Assembly: GCF_006345805.1 (NCBI RefSeq)
Contig: NW_021836525.1
Coordinates: 1-23,880, forward strand
Length of the DNA: 23,880 nucleotides
Direction of reading: 5' to 3'
From: Octopus sinensis
Taxonomy: Eukaryota
Below are positions 1 through 9,785 of the stretch, in pieces. Below the pieces are notes generated by a model, which had not been told where the DNA came from, searched no databases, and saw nothing but the letters and a program-made list of their open reading frames with translations. Positions within the stretch are counted from its first letter, which is position 1. Every line of letters begins with the position of its first letter. The position numbers were made by a program, and so were the translations under genes.

Positions 1-38
1 TGTATATATGTATTATATATTATATGTATATAAATACA

Positions 39-72
<34 letters not shown>

Positions 73-115
73 GAATATGTATATATATATATACATATAT
101 ATATTATATAAAAAT

Positions 116-178
<63 letters not shown>

Positions 179-204
179 GATATACATCCATACATATATA
201 CATA
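1..204. repeat. (TA)n/(CA)n compound microsatellite
   Basis: Direct reading; source of the YIYI-type ORFs at 8-244 and 13-216. Confidence 0.95.
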
Positions 205-640
205 CTCACCTCCCACATCATTAAAGTGTTTGAAAGAGTGTTAAGATCAAGGATAGACTGACTTCTGGAGACCCCAGAAACTCCTAAATGCAATCAGCAT
301 GGCTTTCGCTGTGGCAGGGACTGTCTAACACAGCTCTTACACCTCATTGAAGATGTACTCAAAACCTTGGGAACAGGCTCGAACTCTGACGTCATATATC
401 TTGACTTCAGTAAAGCGTTCGACAGGGTAGACCATAATATCCTACTCTCAAAATTGGCAAATGCTGGAATCCGTGGAAAAGTTCTACACTGGATTAAGTA
501 TTTCCTGGCGAATAGAACACAACATGTTGTAGTTGATGGAGTCCGCTCAAGCCCAGCAAAAGTCACCAGCAGTGTCTCCCAGGGGACTGTCTTGGGTCCG
601 CTACTCTTCATAATTTACATAAACGACCTTTCCACTTGTT
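205..640 (+). mobile_element. Non-LTR retrotransposon reverse transcriptase fragment (CR1/L2/Jockey-like), pseudogenised
   Basis: One frame reads [20 protein letters not shown]...NQHGFRCGRDCLTQLL...DVIYLDFSKAFDRVDHNILLSKL...SQGTVLGPLLFIIYINDL. These are the QHGFR, LDFSKAFD and QGxVLGPLLF RT motifs. TGA at 259-261; the fragment ends before YADD. Confidence 0.92.
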
Positions 641-844
641 AGGTAGGGCAGTTTCCTTCTTGGAGGGCTTAGCATTACTTGCGATAACCAGAAGCTAGAC
701 GAATCCAGTTTTAACTCACAGACAGATATTGTAACAAAAATTGAATGTCCATCGTTCCCAGATGATCTTGTCGTGCGCTCCTTCACCATCACAAGTAATT
801 TTGTCCCCGCAGAACTGCTTTGGTCTCACATGAAAGGTTTCAAA

Positions 845-1106
845 GGTTCTTCCCGAGTCATAGGCTCATAAAGCCGGTTTCCTGAATTTTGTGGGGGTAT
901 GTAATCAACTCCCTCCAGGACGGGACGCCAGTCCGTCTCAGGTTTACTCATCTCTGCCAACTGAGATTAAGTGTTTTCTCTGAATTAATTGTTTTCGCGG
1001 AATTAAGTGTTTTCTCAAGAATACAACGCATCACCGGGCCCAGGAATCGTGACAATAATTTTACCATGACGGGTGTAACGCCCTAACCACTAAGCTACGC
1101 GTCACC
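845..1106 (-). mobile_element. tRNA-derived SINE (family V-like)
   Basis: Minus strand begins GGTGACGCGTAGCTTAGTGGTTAGGGCG (A-box-like) with a decayed B-box (CGATTCCTGG). The central GACGGACTGGCGTCCCGTCC resembles the V-SINE domain (recognised from memory). Confidence 0.7.
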
Positions 1107-1391
1107 ACATGTGCATAAACGCATACAAACACTCATATGCATGTGGAGGAAAAGCAGGTCCTTTAAGAGTATAAATACAACGAACATTAGCTAGACGTGT
1201 TTAGTTTGATACATTGCGAATTTTACTGGTGGTAAAGTGAAGGATTAACCGGATATGGGGTATATTTAAACTCTTTGCATAAGCCGTACACCCGGGGTAA
1301 CTTCGAAGTCCTTATGAATAAAATTATTTAATATATATCTCAGTGTCTCTGTATATCGATACATACACACACACACACACACATGCATATA

Positions 1392-1505
1392 TATGATGAG
1401 CTTCTTCCAGTTTCCATCAACCAGGTCCACTCACGAGGCTTTGGCCCAAGGTGCCACGCAGTGGGACTGAACCCGGAACTGTGTGATTGCGAAGCCACGC
1501 CTGCG
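1392..1505 (-). mobile_element. CORE-type tRNA SINE (family A), internally deleted copy
   Basis: CCCAAGGTGCCACGCAGTGGGACTGAACCCGGAAC matches the fuller copy at 23145-23575. Confidence 0.8.
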
Positions 1506-1544
1506 TTAAGCATTCAAACACACACTAAGCTCAGACACCTAGTG

Positions 1545-1838
1545 ACGTGTGGGTGTGTGATTGTGTGTGTTTGTATGTATCTGTGTGTCTGTGTTTGTCT
1601 CTGTGTTTGTCTATGTGTGTGTATTGTGTGTGTGTGTGTGTGTGTGTGTGGTGTGCGTGCGTACGTGTGTGTGTGCAGGACTCCCATGCGCTTGCGATCG
1701 TCACAAGTGGGTGTGTCAATAACATACGCGGGACACCGAAGCGTGACAAGTTTATAATGACAATTCAACACAAGGAAATAATCACCAACTTGACATCTGT
1801 CCTACATATTCTCTGTCTACGTTTATTTGCTTGTGTGA

Positions 1839-1876
<38 letters not shown>

Positions 1877-1892
1877 TTGTGTGTGATTGTGT

Positions 1893-1936
<44 letters not shown>

Positions 1937-1965
1937 TTGTGTGTGATTGTGTGTGTGTGTGTGTA
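1545..1965. repeat. Two degenerate (GT)n tracts (about 1545-1677 and 1832-1965)
   Basis: Direct reading; the second tract has a ~60-bp higher-order duplication. Confidence 0.9.
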
Positions 1966-2391
1966 TACACACATACAGCCATATAGACATACATATATGT
2001 TTCTGTTTCTTATGAAGTTTGTGGACTATTTTGTTGTTAATTTTAGGTAATGTTTGTTTATAACTTGTCTATATACACCCGTTTGTTTATACTGCGATTA
2101 TATACACCCGTTTTATGGTGTTTCTACAGTAATTAGCAAGAAAAAAAAAACACTCCAAGTGTACATCTTCGTTTTACATCTTTAGACGCGATCGTTGGTC
2201 GATTGGTTGTGTTAGGAAATTTTGTGAACTAATGTACGCCATAACTAGCCTGAATTATGTTTACTCATATCCACCCTCACCTCCTCCCCTTAGATATGCA
2301 CATAAGTACACATGGGCGCCTGCAGGCACACACACACACACACACAAACACAGACGTACACGTTCACGTATAGAGGTATTGTTTCCTTAGG

Positions 2392-2622
2392 TAAGGCGGC
2401 GAGCTGGCAAAAGGTTAGCACGCCGGGCGAAATGCTTAGTGGTATTTCTTCTGCGGTTACGTTCTGAGTTCAGATTCCGCCGAGGTCGACTTTGCCTTTC
2501 ATCCTTTCGGAGTCAATAAATTAAGTACCAGTTATGCACTGGGGTCGATGTAATCGACTTAATCCGTGTGTTTGTCCTTGTTTGTCCCCTCTGTGTTTAG
2601 CCCCCTGTGGGTAGTAAAGAAA
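2392..2622 (+). mobile_element. tRNA-derived SINE (family B) with a Tx1-like 3' tail
   Basis: Head GGCGGCGAGCTGGCA..GTTAGCACGCCGGG, B-box-like GAGTTCAGATTCC, body GGTCGACTTTGCCTTTCATCC shared with 7261-7480 and 18700-18880. The last ~47 nt match the LINE end at 15930-15979. Confidence 0.85.
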
Positions 2623-2818
2623 GAGGTATTTTGTCTATCTTTAGGTTCTGAGTTCAACTTCCACTTGGTCGACTTATTTTTTTTTTTTTTATTACTCCTT
2701 CAGGGAGGGGAGTGGTTCGATAAAATAAGCGACAGTTGGGTATAAGGGTTGATTCAATTGATTTAACCCCTCCCGCAGAATTACTGACCGTGAGTCAAAA
2801 TTCGAAAGGAATATCAAA
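2623..2818 (+). mobile_element. Headless partial family B SINE, tandem to the previous copy
   Basis: GGTATTT..TTCTGAGTTCAA..GGTCGACTT..TCGATAAAATAAG repeats the body of 2392-2622. It ends in a different tail (CCCCTCCCGCAGAATT..CAAAATTCGAAA). Confidence 0.7.
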
Positions 2819-2869
2819 CTGTAAATATGTACACACTGCCACGTTCTTGCAGCCATACAGATATACACT

Positions 2870-2884
2870 TATGTGTATGTGTGT

Positions 2885-2922
<38 letters not shown>

Positions 2923-3097
2923 TGTGTGTGTCTGTGTGTGTGTGTGTATGTGTATGTCTCTGTGTGTGTGTATGCGTGTGTGTGTCTGTGTGTCTGTGTG
3001 TCTGTGTGTCTGTGTGTGTGTATGTGTGTGTCTGTGTGTGTGTGTATGTGTGTGGTGTGTGTGTGTGTGTGTTGTGTGTGTGTGTGTGTGTGTGTGT
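2870..3097. repeat. (GT)n microsatellite with GTCT/GTAT variants
   Basis: Direct reading. Confidence 0.95.
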
Positions 3098-3343
3098 AGC
3101 GTAGGAATAAAACTGAGGAGTAATCGATTGTCCATAGTGTGTGTATGTACGGACGTGTATGTTTGTACAGTAATCCCTCGACTATCGCGAGAGTTAGGTT
3201 CCAAATGCCCCACGATATGTGAGTGTTACATTCCAAAACACCACACTACTGTCCTGTATATTTTTAAAATTAGTTTTATGGTTTGTATATATTTATTTTA
3301 TTATATATGCAAAACAACATCACGGAGGAACGGCGTAAGCTTA

Positions 3344-4622
3344 CGAGGGACGTTCAATAAGTAATGCCTCTGACCCACTTGCAGTTGTTTGATCTAGCTG
3401 AAATTTTGTATGTGCAATCATTCATATTTCTATAGAGTAAGTGCAAATTACAGCTCTGAATTAATTGTGGTTCTGATTTACAGGTGTTTGAACGAGTCAA
3501 GTGTGAATGGAGCCTGTTGAGTGTCGAGCAGTGATTCGGTTTTTGTATTTGAAAGGACGCACACCACGGGAGACTTTTGATGAAATGAAAGTAACTTATG
3601 GTGAGAATGCCCCATCATATGACCTTGTAAAACGCTGGCATCGTGAATTCAACATGGTCGGACTCTGTGGAAACAGCTCCCAGATCTGGTCGCCCCTTCT
3701 GCCATTGATGAGGCATCTGTCCTTCAAGTTGAGGCTGCCATTTTGGAAGATCGACGCATAATTATTCGCCAAATAGCCCATGAGGTCAAGATTAGTGGAA
3801 ACTATCATTCATGACCATTTGCATATGCAAAAGGTGTCTGCCAGAGATGGATTCCCAGTGTGCTCACGATGCCTTTCCAGAGAAGCAAGAACGCGTCGAG
3901 TGCTCGAGGGTGAATTTGGAGATGTGCCAAGAAGATGAGCCAAACATTTTTCAAAAGACTGATTACACAGGATGAAACCTGGGTCCATCACGATGATCCA
4001 GAGACAAAGCCCAGTCAATGCAGTGGAAGCACCGTGACTCACCCCCTCCAAAGAAGGCAAGGGTGCAGCCCTCCGCTGGCAAGGTCATGCTCACAGTCTT
4101 CTGGGACCAGGACGGTGTAGTGTTGACAGATTTCCTGGCAAAGGGTACCACAATTGCAGGAGCCTATTATGCTTCACTTTTGAGAAAATTAAGAGAAGTT
4201 ATCAAAATCAAGAGGCGGGGCAAGATCAGCAAAGGCATCCTCCTCCTGCTGGACAACGCTCCGGTCCACAACTCGCTTGTCGCCAGATCAGAAGCACAGG
4301 CGTATGGCTATGAACTCCTCCCCATCACCCCTACTTTCCTGACCTTGCACCCTCTGATTTTCACCTCTTCCCAGTCATGAAGTTGTTTTTGAAAGGAAAG
4401 CGTTTCCCAGATGATGCAGCCTTGATTTCTGAAGTCACGTTCAGGTTGGAGGACCAAGCTGGGGTCTTCTACAAAACGGTCTCCAGAGCTGCATCAAACA
4501 ATAGGAGAAATGCGTAACTCTGGGTGGTTCCTATGTAGAAAAAGACTAATAACTGTGCCAAGTTTCGTTGCTCTACTGCTATGGGAAGTGGGTCAGGGGC
4601 ATTACTTATTGAACGCCCCTCG
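3344..4622 (+). mobile_element. Full-length mariner transposon (1279 bp), irritans-subfamily-like
   Basis: 37-bp TIRs at 3344-3380 and 4586-4622 with 2 mismatches; TA duplication at 3342-3343 and 4623-4624; internal transposase remnant. Confidence 0.96.
3507..4549 (+). pseudogene. Mariner DD34D transposase pseudogene (multiple frameshifts)
   Basis: Joined frames give an HTH-type N-terminus (MEPVECRAVIRFL..VKRWHREF), WIP (WVP-like), ITQDETW, SAGKVMLTVFWD, LLLLDNAPVH and YFPDLAPSDFHLF (YSPDLAPSD-like). Stop TAA at 4547-4549. Confidence 0.93.
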
Positions 4623-4627
4623 TAAAT

Positions 4628-4828
4628 CAGTGCTTTTCAACCTTTTTGCTGGAGCGGAACCCCAAAGAAACATTCCACTGGATCGAGGAACCCCTGTGCA
4701 ATAATTTAATTGTCTTATGCATACATATCTGCACAGGAGAATTTAAAATTACTGTCGATTTTAGCAGTTTTGTAACTTCTTGCGGAACTCCTGGACTGTA
4801 CTGGCGGAACCCTGGTTGAAAACCACTG
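4628..4828. mobile_element. hAT (Charlie-like) MITE, 201 bp
   Basis: 15-bp TIRs CAGTGCTTTTCAACC / GGTTGAAAACCACTG (1 mismatch). The 8-bp TSD GCTTAAAT is intact at 4829-4836 and reconstructable on the left once the mariner is removed. Confidence 0.9.
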
Positions 4829-5000
4829 GCTTAAATGATAAACCGCGATAATTGAACTGCGATATGGCGAGGGATCACTGTCTATGTATGCTTGCGTATG
4901 GACACGTCCTCATCAACACATCCACACATACATTGATATACACATGTTTCGGTAGCTGTATATATATATATATATATATATATATTAGTCGGACAAAAAA

Positions 5001-5059
5001 GTCACGCAGTGGGACTGAACCAGGAACCATATTGTTGGGAAGCAAGCTGCTTACCACAC
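5001..5059 (-). mobile_element. Family A SINE head fragment
   Basis: CACGCAGTGGGACTGAACCAGGAACCAT..AGCAAGCTGCTTACCACAC matches the head of 23145-23575. Confidence 0.8.
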
Positions 5060-5141
<82 letters not shown>

Positions 5142-5499
5142 ACATATATATATAGACACACACACGTAAATATATGTACATATATATGTATGATATTATA
5201 TATATAATATATATAGGGTTTTTTCTATATATGTGTGTGTGTATATATATATATATATATGTATATGTATATATATATATATGTATATATATGTATATGT
5301 ATGTGCATATACATATATAAGCTTATGTATATATATATATTATTTATATATGTGTGTGCGTGTGTATATGTATATAGTATATATATATGTATATGTATGT
5401 GTATATACATATATAAGCTTATGTATATATATATATATTATTTTTATATTATATATATATATATAATATATATATTATATATATATATATATACTATAT

Positions 5500-5568
<69 letters not shown>

Positions 5569-5612
5569 AGCTTATGTATAATATATTATATATACACACA
5601 TACATATATAAT
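5060..5612. repeat. Compound (TA)n/(GT)n tract with a higher-order unit
   Basis: AAGCTTATGTATA recurs at 5319, 5415 and 5568. Confidence 0.9.
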
Positions 5613-6104
5613 ATTGTACGCATGAATATGAAGACGGAGGGAGTGTACAGAGAAGGTCTGTTAATATAATTGAGTGCGTGTATACATCCCTGGCCGCAAC
5701 CACTAACGTCACGTTACATTACAACCCAAACGAGAACAACATCGACAGTAACATCAACATGAGTAACCATCACCATGACAACGACAACAACAACAAACAA
5801 GCCAACGGCTTGGCCTATATGGTACAGCTCGACCTTTTAGAAATAGCAGCTAAATTTAGCACGAATACCAGCCGGCGATTTCATGAAAGGAACACATTCG
5901 ATGATAGATATAGTATCTGTGTGAGTTGGCCATGCCCGGAACGCTTTTGATCTGCTCAATGTGACCAGCCTAAGGTTAAACAAGAACAACGATGGCAACA
6001 CAACCGCTTCGGCACCAGCAACAAGAGACACTACAAGAACAGAAAAAGTAAAAAAGAAAACAAACAAAGAAAACGGTAATATTTAAACGATCTATAAAAA
6101 ACAA

Positions 6105-6305
6105 TATACACACACATAGATATATATATATATACACAAACACATGTATAGGTACATGGATGTATATACATACATACATACATACATATACATACATATA
6201 TATACATACATAAATATATATACATATATACATACATAAATATATATACATACATACATACATATATGTACATATATATATATTTGTATATATATATATA
6301 TATAT

Positions 6306-6352
<47 letters not shown>

Positions 6353-6450
6353 CCTACATATATATCATGTATGTATGTATATGTATGTATGTATGTATGT
6401 ATGTAGTACATATACATGTATGTGTGTATGTATGTATGTATGTATATATG
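6105..6450. repeat. (TA)n/(TACA)n/(TGTA)n compound microsatellite
   Basis: Direct reading. Confidence 0.9.
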
Positions 6451-6917
6451 TAATATATGTCGGTGAAACCTTAAGATGTTGACCCCTGATGTGTGACTTT
6501 TAACCCCTAAATATGTTATACCCTTTGTTTTACACAATGATTTTATCATTTTGGTTTTTGGGGAGTTGTAACGGATCGTTTTTTTCTGTTCTTGTTGTTG
6601 CTGTTGCGGGACTTGTTGTTGTTGTTGTTGTTGAAGTTGCTGTTGTAGCTAATGTTGTTGTTGTTGTTTGTCTGTTTATCTAGTTTAGTCGTGTAGGAAG
6701 TAGAATTCAATGACTGCAAAAAGAAAATGTTTAGTAGGAAGGCATTAGAATGAGAAGGCACGCTCTGCTGGTTTCTTATTGATAGCTCAGAGATGGAGGG
6801 GGATGGGTGTGTGGATGATAGGGACCAGGGAGGGAAGGGCTTGGGAAACAAGGATGGTGAGATTTGCCTGGGGGACACAGTCAGGTAGTATACGGAAGAC
6901 GTTGCTACAAACGAATT

Positions 6918-6920
6918 ATA

Positions 6921-6982
<62 letters not shown>

Positions 6983-7180
6983 ATCTATATGTATACAATA
7001 TACATATACACACACATATATATATATGCGTGTGTGGGTGTGTTGGTAATATATATATGTGTGTGTGTGTATAAACACACACACATACACGTATATGTAT
7101 GTATGTATGTAAGTGTGTATGTGTGTGCATAATATATACATATACGTTTGTGTGTGTATGTGTGTTGTGTGTGTGTACAT
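6918..7180. repeat. (TA)n/(GT)n compound microsatellite
   Basis: Direct reading. Confidence 0.9.
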
Positions 7181-7260
7181 GTATTCTCTCTGGAACGAAG
7201 GAATGGCGAATGAAATTTATGGCGTAACCACTTCGCTGACTTTCCCGGGTGGATCTCGCT

Positions 7261-7480
7261 TAGGCGATGAGCTGGCAGAATCGTTAGCACACCGGGCAAA
7301 ATGCATACCAATATTTCGTCCGTCCTTACGTTCTGGGTTCAAATTCATGCTGAGGTCGACTTTGCTTTTTATCCATTCGGGGCCGATAAAATAAGTACTT
7401 GTGCAGTAGCGGGATAGATGTTTTCATCTTACACTCGTCCCACCTCGACATTAACTAGCGTAATGCCAAAATTTGAAATC
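7261..7480 (+). mobile_element. Family B tRNA SINE
   Basis: GGCGATGAGCTGGCAGAATCGTTAGCAC..GGGTTCAAATTC..GAGGTCGACTTTGCT..GATAAAATAAGTAC; tail ends GCCAAAATTTGAAA. Confidence 0.85.
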
Positions 7481-8399
7481 AGTTTTATCCACAAACCTCC
7501 TGCACTGTACAATGTGTGTGTGAGTGTGTGTGTGTGTGTGTGTCTGTGTGTGTGTGTGTGTGTGTAATGAATATAAAGGATGCGAAACCGGAAAATGACA
7601 GAACAAACGAAAATTTCGTGTTCGTCGATTACGTTAAAGATTCTAGAGTTTTCCGAGACTTGTGGCAGAACTGCCGCTTTAGCAGTGTCAACAAGCCATT
7701 GTTTTGTAGTTGTTGGGCCATGTATACTGTAAATACAAGACACAAAATGTGAGGGCACACATAGTGGAGTTTTAGCAACGGAGGCGGATAGGATGAGTGT
7801 GAAATAATCGTGAAGTCAGAGAATGGAAGTATGGTTAAAGCGTATCTGTTGGCGAGTAAAGCTTTAGGTGTCACCGTATAATATGCCTCATCCTATCTAA
7901 ATATTTGAGTTCCATTTCAGCTGTGGATCCTTATTCTCACAAAACACAATGTTCGTAATAGATAGTCTTATGTGATCTTATATTGACATTGTCGGTTAGC
8001 CCTAGGTCGACTCTGGCAAAACAAGCCCATGAGCAAAAACATTCCACCAACGAACAACCGGAGTTTTTTTTTCTTCTAAGCCTCAGAAGTTAGAATTCGT
8101 TTCGAAAGGAATTTTCGCATCTCCATTGTCCCTGTAATGGCGTTTTTGTTGGTTTCTGTTGTTAGTTTGGGCAAAAATAAACTATCTTCAACCAAGAATT
8201 GAAACCGCAATGAATTATCTTAATTTGTGTAATGAGCTTTTTAAATTGTACAGGAAGCAGTGTGTTCGATTCCATCTCTCTGATCACATCTGATGTCTTT
8301 TATATCTTCCTTCTTATTAATAAGATATTATTATAAATATTTCTTCTACATTGATGCTTGGGAAATAGAGCGGGGAATCGCCAGGAGTTTGTATAAATT

Positions 8400-8582
8400 G
8401 CCTTGTGGTATTAGGGTTACGTTCCTTTACGTTCTAAATCTCAAATCAATTTAGATCCATTTCGCCGTTCATCTTTCAGGTATCAATATAAAATAGCGCC
8501 AAACACAGCTTTTTGGTAGATATATCCAATAATATCTTAGAAGGCAGTGCTCCAGCCTGGCAGTTTTAGCGATTGAAACCAA
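8400..8582 (+). mobile_element. Highly decayed family B SINE with a family A-type tail
   Basis: TTTACGTTCT..TTTCGCCGTTCATCTTTC resembles the family B body; AAGGCAGTGCTCCAGC..TGAAAC resembles the 3' tail of 23145-23575. Confidence 0.5.
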
Positions 8583-8629
8583 TATATAGATTAGTTGCAG
8601 TGGGATGAATTGTATTCCTATTCAATTAT

Positions 8630-8860
8630 GTCAGCTGGGATTAAAACTTTAAGAGGCTAAGATCGGGTTGAAGCCGCATCTGGCTGAGCTAGGACTAAAC
8701 CTTCAGGTGACCGAATTCGGATTAAAACTTTAGGAGACTGATCATGAATGAAAAACCTCTGACGTAAGATCTTAACTGACCAAGTGTGAATGAAATTTAG
8801 GGAAACTGAACTTGGATTAAAAATCCAGTTGACTGAGCTTAGATGAAAATCTTCAGCTGA
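8630..8860. repeat. Degenerate 27-bp minisatellite (approx. CTGAGCTTGGATTAAAAATCTTAGTTGA), left part
   Basis: Unit starts at 8657, 8684, 8711, 8738, then 8806 and 8833, with 27-bp spacing. Confidence 0.75.
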
Positions 8861-8865
8861 TTCTT

Positions 8866-9722
8866 CATCATCATCATCACTAGCAAGGTCCTTTATCTAA
8901 TGCAACTAGTCTTTGAGGTGCCATTCTATGCTCTTTTGAAGTCGGCCGTTACCACTAGTCTTTGTTCTCTGTCCTATGCACAGCAGGTTCACAGTATCGT
9001 GACCTGCCCAGTTCTTGACGTCGTCAAACCAGGTTTTTCTCTCTTTGCCTCTCTTTCGCCTTCCCTAAACTGGTGCCCTGAAGAATGGTCCTGGACAGGC
9101 AGGTGTGGTGGGATACATGACTGTATCAGGAAAGCTTTCATCTTTTTACCAGTTCACAGAACGGTTCCTGTTTGCCAGCATATTTGTTGACTAGCTTCCT
9201 GACAAAGCTGTTTGTTTTATGCTCTATGTACGACGTGTGTAGCGGTCTTCTGAAGCACTAGGGCTCAAATGCCTGGCTTCTTTGCTCCGTGTCAGTTGTA
9301 AGAGTTCCGCTCTCACACCCATACGGAATGATCAAAATCACCAGGGATTTGTGCACTCTGAGTCTTGTTGGAAAACTAATTGAATTGCTTTTTTTATGGT
9401 GTTCAGCTTCGTCACAGCAGCTGAACTGAGTCATGTTGTCTCCTTTTAAGATCTACCGTCCTTGGTCAAAGTGGATCCTTGGTTCTTGAAGGCGTTCACT
9501 TCAGCAACACTTTCTCCATCCAGTACAATATTGCCTGCTATGTTTTGGTTGTTACTATTAATCAGGATCTTTCGTATTTCTGAGCTGATCTCCATCCCGT
9601 ATTCTCCTGATACTTTTCCCAGTCCGGTGATGAGCTCCAGCACTTCTGCTTCACAGCTTCCTGAGAGGACAATATCGTCAGCATAGCGCAGATTGGAAAT
9701 GGGCAGCGTTCCAATGGGGGGA
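8866..9722 (-). mobile_element. RTE-clade LINE, 5'-truncated 3' fragment, decayed
   Basis: Minus strand reads ISNLRYADDIVL (YADD at 9674-9685)..YGMEIS..YGCES..AFE..CFRR..KTWFDDVK, with stops and frameshifts. A (TGA)n tail at 8866-8879 is typical of RTE ends. Confidence 0.9.
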
Positions 9723-9785
9723 CTGAGCAATCGACTCAATCGACTCAGCCTGGGTTAAAAATTTAGTTGACTGAGCTCGGATCAG
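9723..9785. repeat. 27-bp minisatellite, right part
   Basis: Units at 9744 (CTCAGCCTGGGTTAAAAATTTAGTTGA) and 9771 resemble the units at 8806 and 8833. Confidence 0.7.

Larger units (their letters stand above)
3168..4880. mobile_element. Tigger/pogo-like MITE (~223 bp after removing nested inserts), outermost element of a nest
   Basis: Left end TA|CAGTAATCCCTCGACTATCGC (3168). The right end reverse-complements to CAGTGATCCCTCGCCATATCGC (4880), giving imperfect ~22-bp TIRs. The right flank is TC rather than TA. Confidence 0.7.

Noticed and set aside
2031-2050. 16-nt identity (TGTTAATTTTAGGTAA) with the minus strand near 21075-21090
   Set aside because: The word is very AT-rich, a chance match is plausible at this window size, and the flanks do not extend.
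5678-6067. Asn/Thr-rich ORFs
   Set aside because: They come from (AAC)n-like low-complexity sequence, with no domain evidence.
8630-8860. 27-bp periodic repeat as a CRISPR array
   Set aside because: The units are contiguous and degenerate with no spacers, there are no cas genes, and the context is eukaryotic.
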